A stretch of DNA of 34,751 nucleotides, taken from positions 1 to 34,751 of the forward strand of contig CAKAQU010000001.1 in assembly GCA_916720335.1 (NCBI GenBank), read 5' to 3'. How positions within the stretch are numbered: the stretch's first letter is position 1; the number at the start of each line of letters is the position of its first letter. Under the pieces are notes generated by a model that saw nothing but the letters and a program-made list of their open reading frames with translations, was not told the origin of the DNA and ran no database searches. This DNA comes from an uncultured Moraxella sp. (GTDB lineage Bacteria > Pseudomonadota > Gammaproteobacteria > Pseudomonadales > Moraxellaceae). Made by a program: the position numbers and the translations under genes. Shown here one piece after another: positions 21,029-31,028 of this stretch.

Positions 21029-21962
21029 TTGATGTTGAATCAATATTTCTAATTCCAAAAGGAATGTGCACCGATGGTAAGATATCAATGGTATTGTCCA
21101 AATGTACTTTTTGGTCATCAAAGAAAATTTGTGGGTTGAGCGCTTTTAAAATCTCTCGTTTTGACACTCCACCTAAGAAAAAAGCTTCATTAATGTGGAC
21201 GCCCCATTGTCTGATGGTGTGAATTACTCGTTTGTGTGATGGAGCGCCACGAGCTGTAACAATGCTGATGCGTAGTTTGGGAGTATAATCATTGTTTCGG
21301 CTGGCAAATACTTCTTCTTGAATTTGAATATCAGATAGCTTTTTTAAAAAATGAGCAAGCGGTCCAGGATTGTGCGCAGTATCTTGATGCAATTCTTCAT
21401 ACTCATGAAAACCATTAAGACCTTTGTCAGCAAAGACTTTTTCGGCACTATCATCGGCAAGCACCCCGTCAAAATCTAGCGCCACTCTTAGTTCGTCATC
21501 GTTTTTATTGTCTGTGATGTGTGATTTTAAAACATGGCCTGCGGCAAATCCTTCATTGATGGCTTTTTGTACATCATCTTGGTTGGAAGATAAAAATAAA
21601 TCAATAGATAATGCATTAATGTATTTATGTGGGTAACGTCCTTCTAAAAATAATGCTCGTGAAATATTTAGATTGTGATATTCAATTGAATTCATAACCC
21701 GAAATCCTGTATCAGGATCATTTTTGGATAATAAAATAACTTCTATTGGTGGGTCTTCTGGATTAATTTGATTAATTGATAATAGTTTTTCAATAAAAGC
21801 AAAAGCTACTCCTTTTTGCAATGGCATTGATTGCATTTGTCGTTGATAATGCCGATATGCTTGTGTGCCTTGTTCACGAAATACTTTATCAGAATCTGAT
21901 AAATCAAATAATGCACTTGAGGCAAGTCCAATAACTAAACGGTTTGTTAAATCATATGCCAT
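20994..21962 (-). CDS. 5'-nucleotidase (cN-I-type HAD family)
   Basis: LVIGLASSALFDL, ALDFDGVLADD, VTARGAPSH, FFDDQ. Confidence 0.88.
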   Translation of the reverse strand: MAYDLTNRLVIGLASSALFDLSDSDKVFREQGTQAYRHYQRQMQSMPLQKGVAFAFIEKLLSINQINPEDPPIEVILLSKNDPDTGFRVMNSIEYHNLNISRALFLEGRYPHKYINALSIDLFLSSNQDDVQKAINEGFAAGHVLKSHITDNKNDDELRVALDFDGVLADDSAEKVFADKGLNGFHEYEELHQDTAHNPGPLAHFLKKLSDIQIQEEVFASRNNDYTPKLRISIVTARGAPSHKRVIHTIRQWGVHINEAFFLGGVSKREILKALNPQIFFDDQKVHLDNTIDILPSVHIPFGIRNIDSTSINLHDDKGDDG

Positions 21963-22252
21963 TTTAAACCTTTTATCATTTCATTTATTGGTTAAATTAT
22001 TTAATAACCAATTGATTGTAAAATAATTTATTTAATAATCAATTCTAATAATTAATAACACTTTTTATCTTAATTACAACATAAAAAAGACGTAAACCCA
22101 TCAATTTTATTCAATTTTCAATAAAAAATTAACAATAATTATACCAAAATGATTCAAATCCTTAAAATTTTGGTAATTCTATCGTGGCGTATTAGAACAA
22201 TTTTTGTTATGATACACCGCCTATTCTTTATAAAATTATATTGAGATAATTT

Positions 22253-23083
22253 ATGAAAACTGTAAAAACACTTCTTTGCACCAGTTTAGTTGCAGCACTT
22301 TTAATGATGACAGGTTGTAATAATACCGCAAAATCTGTCAATATTACTGATAAAAGTCCAGAACTTGAACAAGTTGGTTACAGTCTTGGGTATTTGATCG
22401 GTAGCAATAATAAAAATGATATTCCTGATTTAAATATTGAAGCCTTTGAAAAAGGCATTCGTGATGGTTATTCTGGCGATGAAAAAAAACGTGCTTTGAC
22501 CCAAGAACAAATGGAAAAAGTACTGATGGAATATCAGAAAAAACGTGAAGCTGAAATTACCAAAGAAGTAGAAGCTAAAGCCAAAGCTAATAAAGAAGCT
22601 GGCGAAAAATTCTTGGCAGAAAATGAGAAAAAAGAAGGGGTGCAAAAAACCGCTTCAGGTTTACAGTATAAAGTGATTACTGAAGGCACTGGTGCAAAAC
22701 CTAAAGCAACGGACACCGTTACTGTACACTATGAAGGTAAACTGATTGATGGTAAAGTATTTGACAGCTCTTATGAACGTGGTGAGCCTGTATCATTTCG
22801 CCTAAACGAGGTTATCAAAGGCTGGACTGAAGGTGTGCAATTGATGAATACTGGCAGTAAGTATGAACTGTATATCCCATCTGATTTGGCGTATGGTGAA
22901 ACAGGCAATCCTAATATTGAACCAAATAGTGTGTTGATTTTTACGGTTGAGTTATTGGATGAAGCTGCCGCCAAAAAAGCTCAAGCTGATGCTAAAGCTA
23001 AGCAAGAAGCTCAAATGGCGGAACTTCAAAAGCTAGCACAACAAACTAAGCCAGAAGAAGCTAAAAAAGAAGTGGCAAAATAA
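22253..23083 (+). CDS. FKBP-type peptidyl-prolyl isomerase (Mip/FkpA-like lipoprotein)
   Basis: Lipobox MTGC, SGLQY, HYEGKLIDGKVFDSS, VIKGWTEG, LAYG. Confidence 0.93.
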   Translation: MKTVKTLLCTSLVAALLMMTGCNNTAKSVNITDKSPELEQVGYSLGYLIGSNNKNDIPDLNIEAFEKGIRDGYSGDEKKRALTQEQMEKVLMEYQKKREAEITKEVEAKAKANKEAGEKFLAENEKKEGVQKTASGLQYKVITEGTGAKPKATDTVTVHYEGKLIDGKVFDSSYERGEPVSFRLNEVIKGWTEGVQLMNTGSKYELYIPSDLAYGETGNPNIEPNSVLIFTVELLDEAAAKKAQADAKAKQEAQMAELQKLAQQTKPEEAKKEVAK

Positions 23084-23094
23084 TTCATTATTCT

Positions 23095-23125
23095 GCAAAA
23101 CCAAGTGGTTGCCGCTTGGTTTTGT
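23095..23125 (+). terminator. Stem-loop after the FKBP gene
   Basis: GCAAAACCAAGTGG-ttg-CCGCTTGGTTTTGT. Confidence 0.65.
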
Positions 23126-23194
23126 CGTCGTTTGAATATGGGTTTTTGCTGTTGATAAAGATTTAATGATTAAGCAATATTTTTCGGACCTGAT

Positions 23195-24166
23195 ATGATT
23201 GACAAGCAAAACTTGCCTTGTGATGATTTTACTCATCAAACTGTTTTATTGCATGAAACAGTAGATGCGGTTTTAGGTGGTCGTCAAAATGCTTCTGGGA
23301 TATTTGTTGATGCTACATTTGGGCGAGGTGGTCATAGTCAATTATTGCTTGATTACTTAGCAGATGATGCGCGTTTGCTTGTTTTTGATAAAGACCCTCA
23401 AGCCATCAAAACCGCTCAATATTTAGCCAATCATGACAGTCGTATTTTAGTGGTTCATGATAGTTTTGCTAATCTAGCCACTCATTTAAAACAGCTTGAT
23501 ATACCATTGGTTGATGGTATTTTGGCAGATTTGGGGGTATCAAGCCCACAGCTTGATGATGGCAGTCGTGGTTTTAGTTTTATGCGTGATGGTTTGGTGG
23601 ATATGCGCATGGATACTACACGCGGGCAATCGGTTGGGCAGTGGCTGGCGACAGTTGACGAAGAAACACTCGCTAATGTTTTGTATGAATATGGTGAAGA
23701 GCGCCACTCTCGCAGGATTGCCAAAGCCATCAAACAGATGGATAATTATGATTCAACCTTAAAACTTGCTGAAGTAATCAAAGCCGCTCATCCTGCTTGG
23801 CAAAAAGGCAAACATCCTGCAACACAAAGTTTTCAGGCATTAAGAATTTTTATTAATAACGAATTGGGCGATATCAAAACTTTTTTAAATCAAAGTTTGA
23901 CCCATTTAAAGCCTAATGGACATTTGGCAGTGATTAGTTTTCATTCACTTGAAGACCGTTTAATTAAACAGTTTTTAAACAATCACAGTCGCGGCAAATG
24001 GGATGGAGACGACCAATTATTGATTGCACCAAAACGCACAAAATATTTTGATAAACCCAAACGCATCAGTCCAAGTTTGGATGAAATTCAGCGTAACCCT
24101 CGAGCTAGAAGTGCTTATTTGCGCGCCGCCAGACGAAACGATGCACCTATAATAGACGTTTTATGA
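23195..24166 (+). CDS. rsmH: 16S rRNA m4C1402 methyltransferase
   Basis: DATFGRGGHS, DLGVSSPQLD, SFHSLEDR, NPRARSA. Confidence 0.97.
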   Translation: MIDKQNLPCDDFTHQTVLLHETVDAVLGGRQNASGIFVDATFGRGGHSQLLLDYLADDARLLVFDKDPQAIKTAQYLANHDSRILVVHDSFANLATHLKQLDIPLVDGILADLGVSSPQLDDGSRGFSFMRDGLVDMRMDTTRGQSVGQWLATVDEETLANVLYEYGEERHSRRIAKAIKQMDNYDSTLKLAEVIKAAHPAWQKGKHPATQSFQALRIFINNELGDIKTFLNQSLTHLKPNGHLAVISFHSLEDRLIKQFLNNHSRGKWDGDDQLLIAPKRTKYFDKPKRISPSLDEIQRNPRARSAYLRAARRNDAPIIDVL

Positions 24167-24172
24167 TAACAG

Positions 24173-24559
24173 ATGACCCATCTTATGAAAAAACATAAAA
24201 TAAACCAATTGGTAACTGAAGATTCTGATTTTTCAAATGTCAAAGACCCGATCGGGTTGTATTGGTTGATTTTAGTGTTTTGTTCAGTATTGATTTTGAT
24301 GACGGGCATATCTATTGTTATTCAGACCCAGGAACGTCATCAAGTTTATCATCATTTACAAGAATTAAAAAAACAACATGACAACTTGTTGATTGAAGAG
24401 CAGCGTTTATATATTGAGCAGCAGACCTTTAGTGCCACCTCGCAAATTGTTAAGCGTTCTGTTGATGAATTGGGGATGTTTTTTCCTACCAAAAACAATA
24501 AACAAGTGATTAATCTAGAATCAGAACAACCCTCCAAAACCAATGAGGGCAAGCCATGA
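24173..24559 (+). CDS. ftsL: Cell division protein FtsL
   Basis: One TM helix plus coiled coil, between rsmH and ftsI. Confidence 0.85.
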   Translation: MTHLMKKHKINQLVTEDSDFSNVKDPIGLYWLILVFCSVLILMTGISIVIQTQERHQVYHHLQELKKQHDNLLIEEQRLYIEQQTFSATSQIVKRSVDELGMFFPTKNNKQVINLESEQPSKTNEGKP

Positions 24560-26496
24560 GTCATAATAATAAATCCAAAAAACTTGCTGAAAAATTAAAA
24601 CAAATCGGCAGTCTTGACAAACAAACCGATAAAATTGGACGTAAAAAAATCCGAAGGGATAGAAAAAGTGTTACCTTAATGGGCGGTTTGCATGATATTA
24701 ACCGCTTTCGGTTGATTTGGGTAATAATGGCTATTTGTATTTTTATGCTTGCCAAACGAGCGCTTGATTTACAAGTGATTAATGCTGATTTTTATGTTCA
24801 AAAAGCAGATGGTTTTATTACTTCGCGACAAGTTTTAACTACGCAAAGAGGCATGATTTTGGATGTCAATGGTGTGCCATTAGCCGCCAGTGCGCCTTTG
24901 ACGACCGTGATTTTTGATGCTCATCAGTATGCTGAAACTTATTATCAAAAACGAAAATTGCTGCAATCTACCCAAGATGAAAAACAAAAGACGCGATTTA
25001 CCCAAGAGCTTGAAAATATGGATTTGGCTAAAATTTCATCATTAACCAAAATTCCTTATAATGAATTGGCTCAATTGGTTAATCTTAAAACGAACATTGA
25101 TGTTAGAAATTTAGAAGAGGTCAAAAAGGCACTACCAGAAGGCAAGAATTCCCGTCGCTTGATTTTAATGAATAAAGTCATACCAGAAATGGCAGAGCCT
25201 TTATTGTCTTTAAAGATTCCTGGTATCTCAGAAGAAAAACGTTTTCAAAGATTTTATTTACAACCTGAGCCAAATGCAGCAATATTGGGGTATATGGGTG
25301 ATAAAGCTGATAAAAATCAAAAACCTCAATACGTTGGTATATCGGGTTTAGAAAAAAGTCATCAAGAAACTTTGGCGGGAAAATCAGGGAAAATTTTAAC
25401 TTTTATTGCTGGCAAAAAGTCAGTGGAAGAACTCAAAGAAATCACACCAAAAGTTGATGGTAAAAACCTCACATTGACATTGGATTCTCGCTTACAATAT
25501 ATCTTATTTGAAGCTTTATCTGAGCTTGGACGGGTGCAGTCAGCTCGTTCAAGTTCGGGTATTGTGGTTGATGTACAAACAGGCGATGTGGTTGCCATGA
25601 GTTCTTGGCCTTCATTTAATGCAAATAACCTTAATGACCGCACCGCATTTAATGAAAGAAATCGCGTGGTTGCGGATGTTTTTGAACCCGGTTCAGTGAT
25701 GAAACCCTTTACCGTTGCTGCTGCTTTAAAATCGGGCAAATTTAACGTCAATACCCCCATCAATACATCACCTGGCTCAATTAGTATTGGTGATCGTCAA
25801 ATTAGAGATGCAGGAAATTACGGCGTGATAACGATGAGTAAACTCATCCAAAAATCCAGCAACGTTGCCAGTGTGAAAATTGCTTTAGCTTTGCCTAATA
25901 ACGGCATTGCAGAGATGCAAAGAAGCTTTGGTTTTGGCAAAAAAACCCATTTAAACCTGCACGCTGAAAGTTCAGGTGTATTAAAAAATCCAACCAATAC
26001 AGGCGTTAGAGCAACAATGGCTTATGGTTATGGGCAGCAGGTTACCCTTGCTCAACTTGCTCAAGCTTATGTTGCTCTTGGTAATAATGGCGTTTTAAAT
26101 CCACTGCGCATTATCAAAGATGAAGAAAGACCCAAACCCGTTCCTGTTATCAGCCCAGAGCATGCCAAAGCTATTGTTATGATGATGAAAGCGGTAACGG
26201 AAGAAGGAGGTACTGCCCCGTCAGCTGCTATTAATGGTTATCATGTTGCAGGTAAAACAGGCACCAGTCGGCGTATTGTTAAAGGTAAATACAGTCAAAA
26301 TGAATACCGTAATATTTTTGCAGGGTTAGCACCAGCATCAAACCCACGTTTTGCTGTAGTCATTTTAGTCGAAGACCCTAAAAAAGATAAATACGCAGGT
26401 AAGACGGTTGCGCCTGTTTTTGCTAAAGTTATGAAAGAAACCTTAAGACTTTATAATGTACCTTTTGATAAACCTTTAGATGTCAATAAAAATTAA
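24556..26496 (+). CDS. ftsI: Penicillin-binding protein 3
   Basis: RGMILD, EPGSVMK (SxxK), SSN, GKTGT. Confidence 0.95.
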   Translation: MSHNNKSKKLAEKLKQIGSLDKQTDKIGRKKIRRDRKSVTLMGGLHDINRFRLIWVIMAICIFMLAKRALDLQVINADFYVQKADGFITSRQVLTTQRGMILDVNGVPLAASAPLTTVIFDAHQYAETYYQKRKLLQSTQDEKQKTRFTQELENMDLAKISSLTKIPYNELAQLVNLKTNIDVRNLEEVKKALPEGKNSRRLILMNKVIPEMAEPLLSLKIPGISEEKRFQRFYLQPEPNAAILGYMGDKADKNQKPQYVGISGLEKSHQETLAGKSGKILTFIAGKKSVEELKEITPKVDGKNLTLTLDSRLQYILFEALSELGRVQSARSSSGIVVDVQTGDVVAMSSWPSFNANNLNDRTAFNERNRVVADVFEPGSVMKPFTVAAALKSGKFNVNTPINTSPGSISIGDRQIRDAGNYGVITMSKLIQKSSNVASVKIALALPNNGIAEMQRSFGFGKKTHLNLHAESSGVLKNPTNTGVRATMAYGYGQQVTLAQLAQAYVALGNNGVLNPLRIIKDEERPKPVPVISPEHAKAIVMMMKAVTEEGGTAPSAAINGYHVAGKTGTSRRIVKGKYSQNEYRNIFAGLAPASNPRFAVVILVEDPKKDKYAGKTVAPVFAKVMKETLRLYNVPFDKPLDVNKN

Positions 26497-26569
26497 TTAA
26501 TAAAATCTGTCAATATTGATAAGCAAAAAATTGATAAACTGCCAATAATCATCATTAAAAGGAAAAAAG

Positions 26570-28096
26570 ATGACCACATTTACTTTTGCTGATTTTGAAT
26601 CGATTTTAGCCAGTCATATTGCTCCAGATGATTGGCAAAAAATCAGACACTTACCCATCACAGGCATTTGTAGCGATAGCCGAGCGGTTAAAAATGGTGA
26701 AATTTTTACTTTGTTATCTGTCAATCCTGACATCAAAGACAAAGCCAAAGCATTTATTACTCCGCTTTCTAGCACCGCGGTATTGTCTGAATTTTCCAAA
26801 GCAGAAATGGATATTGATGACGCACCCATGCCAATTGTATACATACCAAATTTGCGTTTGGTATTGGGGGATTTTATCGCTGCATTTTTGCAAAAACAAC
26901 AAGAGATTTCTTTACCTAAGATTGTTGCAGTTACAGGTACAAATGGTAAAACCACCATCAGTCAGCTGATTGCTCAGCTTGGCGAATTATCAAATACGCC
27001 ATCAGCGATTATGGGAACAGCAGGCAATGGACGTATTGGAAATTTGACCCAATCAACACATACCACAAGTGAAGTGATTAAAGTTCATGAATTTTTATAC
27101 GCTATGGCAAAACAACATGTGGGTATGGTTGCTTTGGAGGCCAGCTCTCATGGACTGCATCAACATCGTTTGCAAGGCGTGCCAGTTCAAGTAGCAATTT
27201 TTAGTAATCTTTCTCGCGACCATTTGGATTACCATACGGATATGGACTGCTATGCAGCGGCTAAAGCTAAATTATTTGATAACACCTATTTTACGCACCT
27301 ACATCATGCTATCATCAATATAGACGATACTTTTGGTCAAAAACTGGCTGAAAATTTATCACATTCTGCTATGACTGTGTGGACATACAGCCTAAAAGAT
27401 TCTCAAGCTGATTTTTTTGCTCAAAATATCACCCCAAGCCTTGATGGCACAACCTTCGAACTTAAGACTCCTTTTGATGCTAATCCCATCAAGCTTCACA
27501 GTCCTTTATTGGGGCGTTTTAATGTCGCTAATTTGCTGGCAAGCATTGCTGGCTTTTTAGCAATTTATCCTAACAAATTTCAAGAGTTACCAGATATTAT
27601 TCGCCAATTACATGGGGCTCGTGGACGCATGCAAAAAGTAGTAACGCCTGCCAATTTTGGCTGTTTTATTGTCGATTATGCGCACACTCCTGATGCATTG
27701 GTTCAGGTTTTAACCAGCTTAAAAGCTCATTGCACTGGAAATTTATGGGCTGTCTTTGGGTGTGGTGGCGACAGAGATAAGGGCAAACGCCCACAGATGA
27801 CTAAGGCAGGTTTGGATTATGCTGACCAAGTTATTTTAACTGCTGATAATCCTAGAAGTGAAAATGTACTGGCAATTTTAAATGATATGCAGGTTGGTAT
27901 GACCTGTGATGACCATTATAAGACCCAAATCATTCCCGACCGTAAAGAAGCGATTTTGTATGCCATTAAACACGCTAAGGCTGATGATATTGTATTAATT
28001 GCTGGCAAAGGTCATGAAACCTATCAAGAAATTAATGGGGTTCGTTATGATTTTGATGATGTAAAAATCATACAGCAATACACCCAAACCAATTAA
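26570..28096 (+). CDS. murE: UDP-MurNAc-tripeptide synthetase (meso-DAP)
   Basis: VTGTNGKTT, EASSHG, DYAHTPDA, DNPR, GKGHE. Confidence 0.97.
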   Translation: MTTFTFADFESILASHIAPDDWQKIRHLPITGICSDSRAVKNGEIFTLLSVNPDIKDKAKAFITPLSSTAVLSEFSKAEMDIDDAPMPIVYIPNLRLVLGDFIAAFLQKQQEISLPKIVAVTGTNGKTTISQLIAQLGELSNTPSAIMGTAGNGRIGNLTQSTHTTSEVIKVHEFLYAMAKQHVGMVALEASSHGLHQHRLQGVPVQVAIFSNLSRDHLDYHTDMDCYAAAKAKLFDNTYFTHLHHAIINIDDTFGQKLAENLSHSAMTVWTYSLKDSQADFFAQNITPSLDGTTFELKTPFDANPIKLHSPLLGRFNVANLLASIAGFLAIYPNKFQELPDIIRQLHGARGRMQKVVTPANFGCFIVDYAHTPDALVQVLTSLKAHCTGNLWAVFGCGGDRDKGKRPQMTKAGLDYADQVILTADNPRSENVLAILNDMQVGMTCDDHYKTQIIPDRKEAILYAIKHAKADDIVLIAGKGHETYQEINGVRYDFDDVKIIQQYTQTN

Positions 28097-28211
28097 GTAG
28101 GTTGCAAGTTTTAGTTATAAATACTCATTGTGGTTTAATTCATTATTTTAATATTTGTTTATCAATAATTTTATAAAAATTAATCATTTAGAAGTAAAAT
28201 TGGAATCGTTT

Positions 28212-29699
28212 ATGCGTTTATATCACTGGACAAGTCAAGCGCTTTTAATAGCAACGGGTGGGGCTTGGCATAATTTAACCACTGATTTTAGTAGTACCCA
28301 CATCACCACCGATACCCGAAAAATTAAGGTTGGTGATGTTTTTGTTGCTTTAAAAGGTGATAATTTTGATGGACATGATTTTATAGAAACCGCTTTAAAA
28401 AATGGCGCCGCCGCTGTCATTGTAAACCGTCTAGTTAATGCCGATATCCCCCAGTTATTAGTTGATGATACGAGATTGGCACTGGGCAAACTTGGTAAAT
28501 ATCGCCGAGACCAACATCCTGATTTAACGGTAATTGCACTGACGGGTTCTAGCGGTAAAACTACTACCAAAGAAATGATTGGTTCAATTTTTAATCAAAT
28601 AGCACCCACTTTGATTACCAAAGGCAATCTCAATAATGATTTGGGTGTGCCCATGATGCTTCTTGAGCTTAGTGATGAGCATAAATTTGCTGTACTTGAG
28701 CTTGGCGCAAACCATTTGGGTGAAATCGCTTATACTGCCAGTTTGGTGCGTCCAGATGTGGCGTGTGTGCTCAATATTGGCACAGCACATTTGGGCGAGT
28801 TTGGCGGTCAAGAAAGCATTGCCAAAGCTAAAGCGGAAATTTATTCAGCATTAACCAAAGATGGCGTGGCAGTTTTGCCGTTTGGCGATAAATTTTTTGA
28901 GTTTTTAAGCCAAGAAGCTCAAAAATTTACTTCTAATTTAATTACTTTTGGGGAAACCACCGTTCCAACCGCTGAGGCGGTAGATTTTGATTTACTTAGT
29001 CCAGAGGCACAAGCAGAATTTGCTGACATACATAATGTTTTGGTAATGGGCGATGTATTTTCTGACGATGTGGTTTTAAACAATACACACAGCACGTTTG
29101 AACTGGTATGTAGTTTTGAAGTGGATAAAATTGACAGTGTAGTTGTTGAGTTACCCTTTATTGGTGAACATAATATTACCAATGCGTTGGCGGCGGCAAG
29201 TGCAGCTTTGGCGCTGAATGTGCCCTTGCAACTGATTCAAACAGGTTTACAAAACGCCTGCCCCCCAAAAGGACGTTTAACACGCATTCAATTTGACAAC
29301 CATTGGCTGATTGATGACACATATAACGCCAATCCAACATCAATGTTGGCAGCTGCTCAGGTGTTAATTGGTGAAGACAAACAAAAAATTTTGGTTTTAG
29401 GTGATATTGCTGAACTTGGTGACATGGCAGTTTTAGAACACCAAAAACTAGGAACGGATTTGGCTGAGCTGCCCATAGATAAAATTTTAACGTTAGGACC
29501 ACTGATGCGTCATTGCACAGATGCAGCAAATCAGCTTCGAGCTGACCTAAGCACTCATTTTGATAATAAACAGGCTTTGTTATCGCATCTAACATCTTTA
29601 TTGGCAGAACCTTCTGTTGTGTTGTTTAAAGGCTCACGTACCATGCGTATGGAAACCTTAATTCATGATTTAACCTGCTCTACTCAAAAAAGCGAGTGA
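28212..29699 (+). CDS. murF: UDP-MurNAc-tripeptide:D-Ala-D-Ala ligase
   Basis: LTGSSGKTTTKEM, NNDLGVP, DDTYNANP, KGSR; ATG 28212 preferred over TTG 28155. Confidence 0.96.
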   Translation: MRLYHWTSQALLIATGGAWHNLTTDFSSTHITTDTRKIKVGDVFVALKGDNFDGHDFIETALKNGAAAVIVNRLVNADIPQLLVDDTRLALGKLGKYRRDQHPDLTVIALTGSSGKTTTKEMIGSIFNQIAPTLITKGNLNNDLGVPMMLLELSDEHKFAVLELGANHLGEIAYTASLVRPDVACVLNIGTAHLGEFGGQESIAKAKAEIYSALTKDGVAVLPFGDKFFEFLSQEAQKFTSNLITFGETTVPTAEAVDFDLLSPEAQAEFADIHNVLVMGDVFSDDVVLNNTHSTFELVCSFEVDKIDSVVVELPFIGEHNITNALAAASAALALNVPLQLIQTGLQNACPPKGRLTRIQFDNHWLIDDTYNANPTSMLAAAQVLIGEDKQKILVLGDIAELGDMAVLEHQKLGTDLAELPIDKILTLGPLMRHCTDAANQLRADLSTHFDNKQALLSHLTSLLAEPSVVLFKGSRTMRMETLIHDLTCSTQKSE

Positions 29700-29702
29700 T
29701 TT

Positions 29703-30812
29703 ATGTTATATTGGCTCATTGATTATTTAAATATTTTAAGAAGTGAAACCATTGCTTCGCTTGCTTTAAGAAGTCTTTTGGCGGTTATTACCAGTTTGGC
29801 AATTGTATTAATGCTGGGCAAACCAGTTATTGCCTACCTTAGAAATTTAAAATACGGTCAAGCTGTTCGTGATGATGGCCCTAAAACCCATTTGGTAAAA
29901 CAAGGTACTCCAACGATGGGCGGGGTGCTGATTTTAGCGGCAATTGGAATCAGTACGCTATTATGGTCAGATTTATCCAATCCTTATGTATGGATTTTGA
30001 TGGCGGTGATGGTGATTTTTGGAGCGGTTGGCTGGCGTGATGACTGGCTAAAAATAAAACATAAAAACCCACAAGGTTTGGTTGCTCGTAAAAAATATTT
30101 TTGGCTATCGGTTGGGGCAATTTTAGCAGGCGGGAGTTTGTATTATCTTGCTACCAAACAAAGTCCTACTACAATGAATGCCATGCAAGACGTGCTGATT
30201 CCTATGTTTAAAGATTGGATTATTCCATTATCAGCCATCCCTTATGGTATTGGTTTTATGGTTTTGACTTACTTTACCATTAATGGTTCATCCAATGCGG
30301 TCAATTTAACCGATGGCTTAGATGGACTGGTCATTTTACCAGTCGTCTTGGTAGCAGCTGGATTAGGGGCGTTTGCTTATGCATCAGGGCACGCTGAATG
30401 GTCTGTTTATCTTAATGTGCCTTACATTACCTATAACACAGAAGTGGTGGTAGTTTGCGCATCTATGATTGGAGCTGGTTTAGGATTTTTGTGGTTTAAT
30501 GCCGCTCCTGCTGATGTCTTTATGGGTGATGTTGGAGCGTTATCACTTGGCGGTATGCTTGGTACAATGGCAGTCATGACCCGTCAAGAGCTCGCTTTTG
30601 TGATTATGGGTGGAATTTTTGTTGCTGAAGCTTTATCGGTAATTTTGCAAGTAGGTTCGTATAAACTGCGCAAAAAACGTATTTTTTTGATGGCGCCTTT
30701 ACACCACCATTTTGAAGAAATGGGCTTAAAAGAAACCAAAGTTGTCATTCGTTTTTGGATTGTATGCATTGTTTTGGTGGTTTTGGGGTTAATGACCTTA
30801 AAACTTCGTTAA
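29703..30812 (+). CDS. mraY: Phospho-N-acetylmuramoyl-pentapeptide transferase
   Basis: [33 protein letters not shown]. Confidence 0.98.
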   Translation: MLYWLIDYLNILRSETIASLALRSLLAVITSLAIVLMLGKPVIAYLRNLKYGQAVRDDGPKTHLVKQGTPTMGGVLILAAIGISTLLWSDLSNPYVWILMAVMVIFGAVGWRDDWLKIKHKNPQGLVARKKYFWLSVGAILAGGSLYYLATKQSPTTMNAMQDVLIPMFKDWIIPLSAIPYGIGFMVLTYFTINGSSNAVNLTDGLDGLVILPVVLVAAGLGAFAYASGHAEWSVYLNVPYITYNTEVVVVCASMIGAGLGFLWFNAAPADVFMGDVGALSLGGMLGTMAVMTRQELAFVIMGGIFVAEALSVILQVGSYKLRKKRIFLMAPLHHHFEEMGLKETKVVIRFWIVCIVLVVLGLMTLKLR

Positions 30813-30840
30813 AAGAATTAAAAAACTTAATAAAAAAAAC

Positions 30841-30868
30841 TTGCAATCTAAAAATTTTTTGGTATAAT
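30841..30868 (+). promoter_or_regulatory. Sigma70 promoter of tRNA-Gln
   Basis: TTGCAA-16-TATAAT with extended -10 TG. Confidence 0.75.
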
Positions 30869-30879
30869 TCTGCACTCAT

Positions 30880-30952
30880 AGGGGTATCGCCAAGTTGGTA
30901 AGGCATCAGGTTTTGATCCTGACATTCGTTGGTTCGAGTCCAGCTACCCCTG
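30880..30952 (+). tRNA. tRNA-Gln (TTG), CCA not encoded
   Basis: Acceptor AGGGGTA/TACCCCT, anticodon arm TCAGG-TTTTGAT-CCTGA, T-arm GTTGG-TTCGAGT-CCAGC, discriminator G followed by CTT. Confidence 0.96.
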
Positions 30953-30974
30953 CTTAAATTTTTCGTAAATTTCG

Positions 30975-31008
30975 AAAAAAGCCAGTTAAGAAATTAACTG
31001 GCTTTTTT
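30975..31008. terminator. Bidirectional terminator between tRNA-Gln and the RNA repair operon
   Basis: AAAAAAGCCAGTTAA-gaaa-TTAACTGGCTTTTTT. Confidence 0.9.
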
Positions 31009-31028
31009 CTATTCTAAATTTTTCTAAC

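Noticed and set aside
23084..30812. dcw cluster lacking mraZ and ending at mraY
   Set aside because: A split dcw cluster is expected in Moraxellaceae, so it is not novel.
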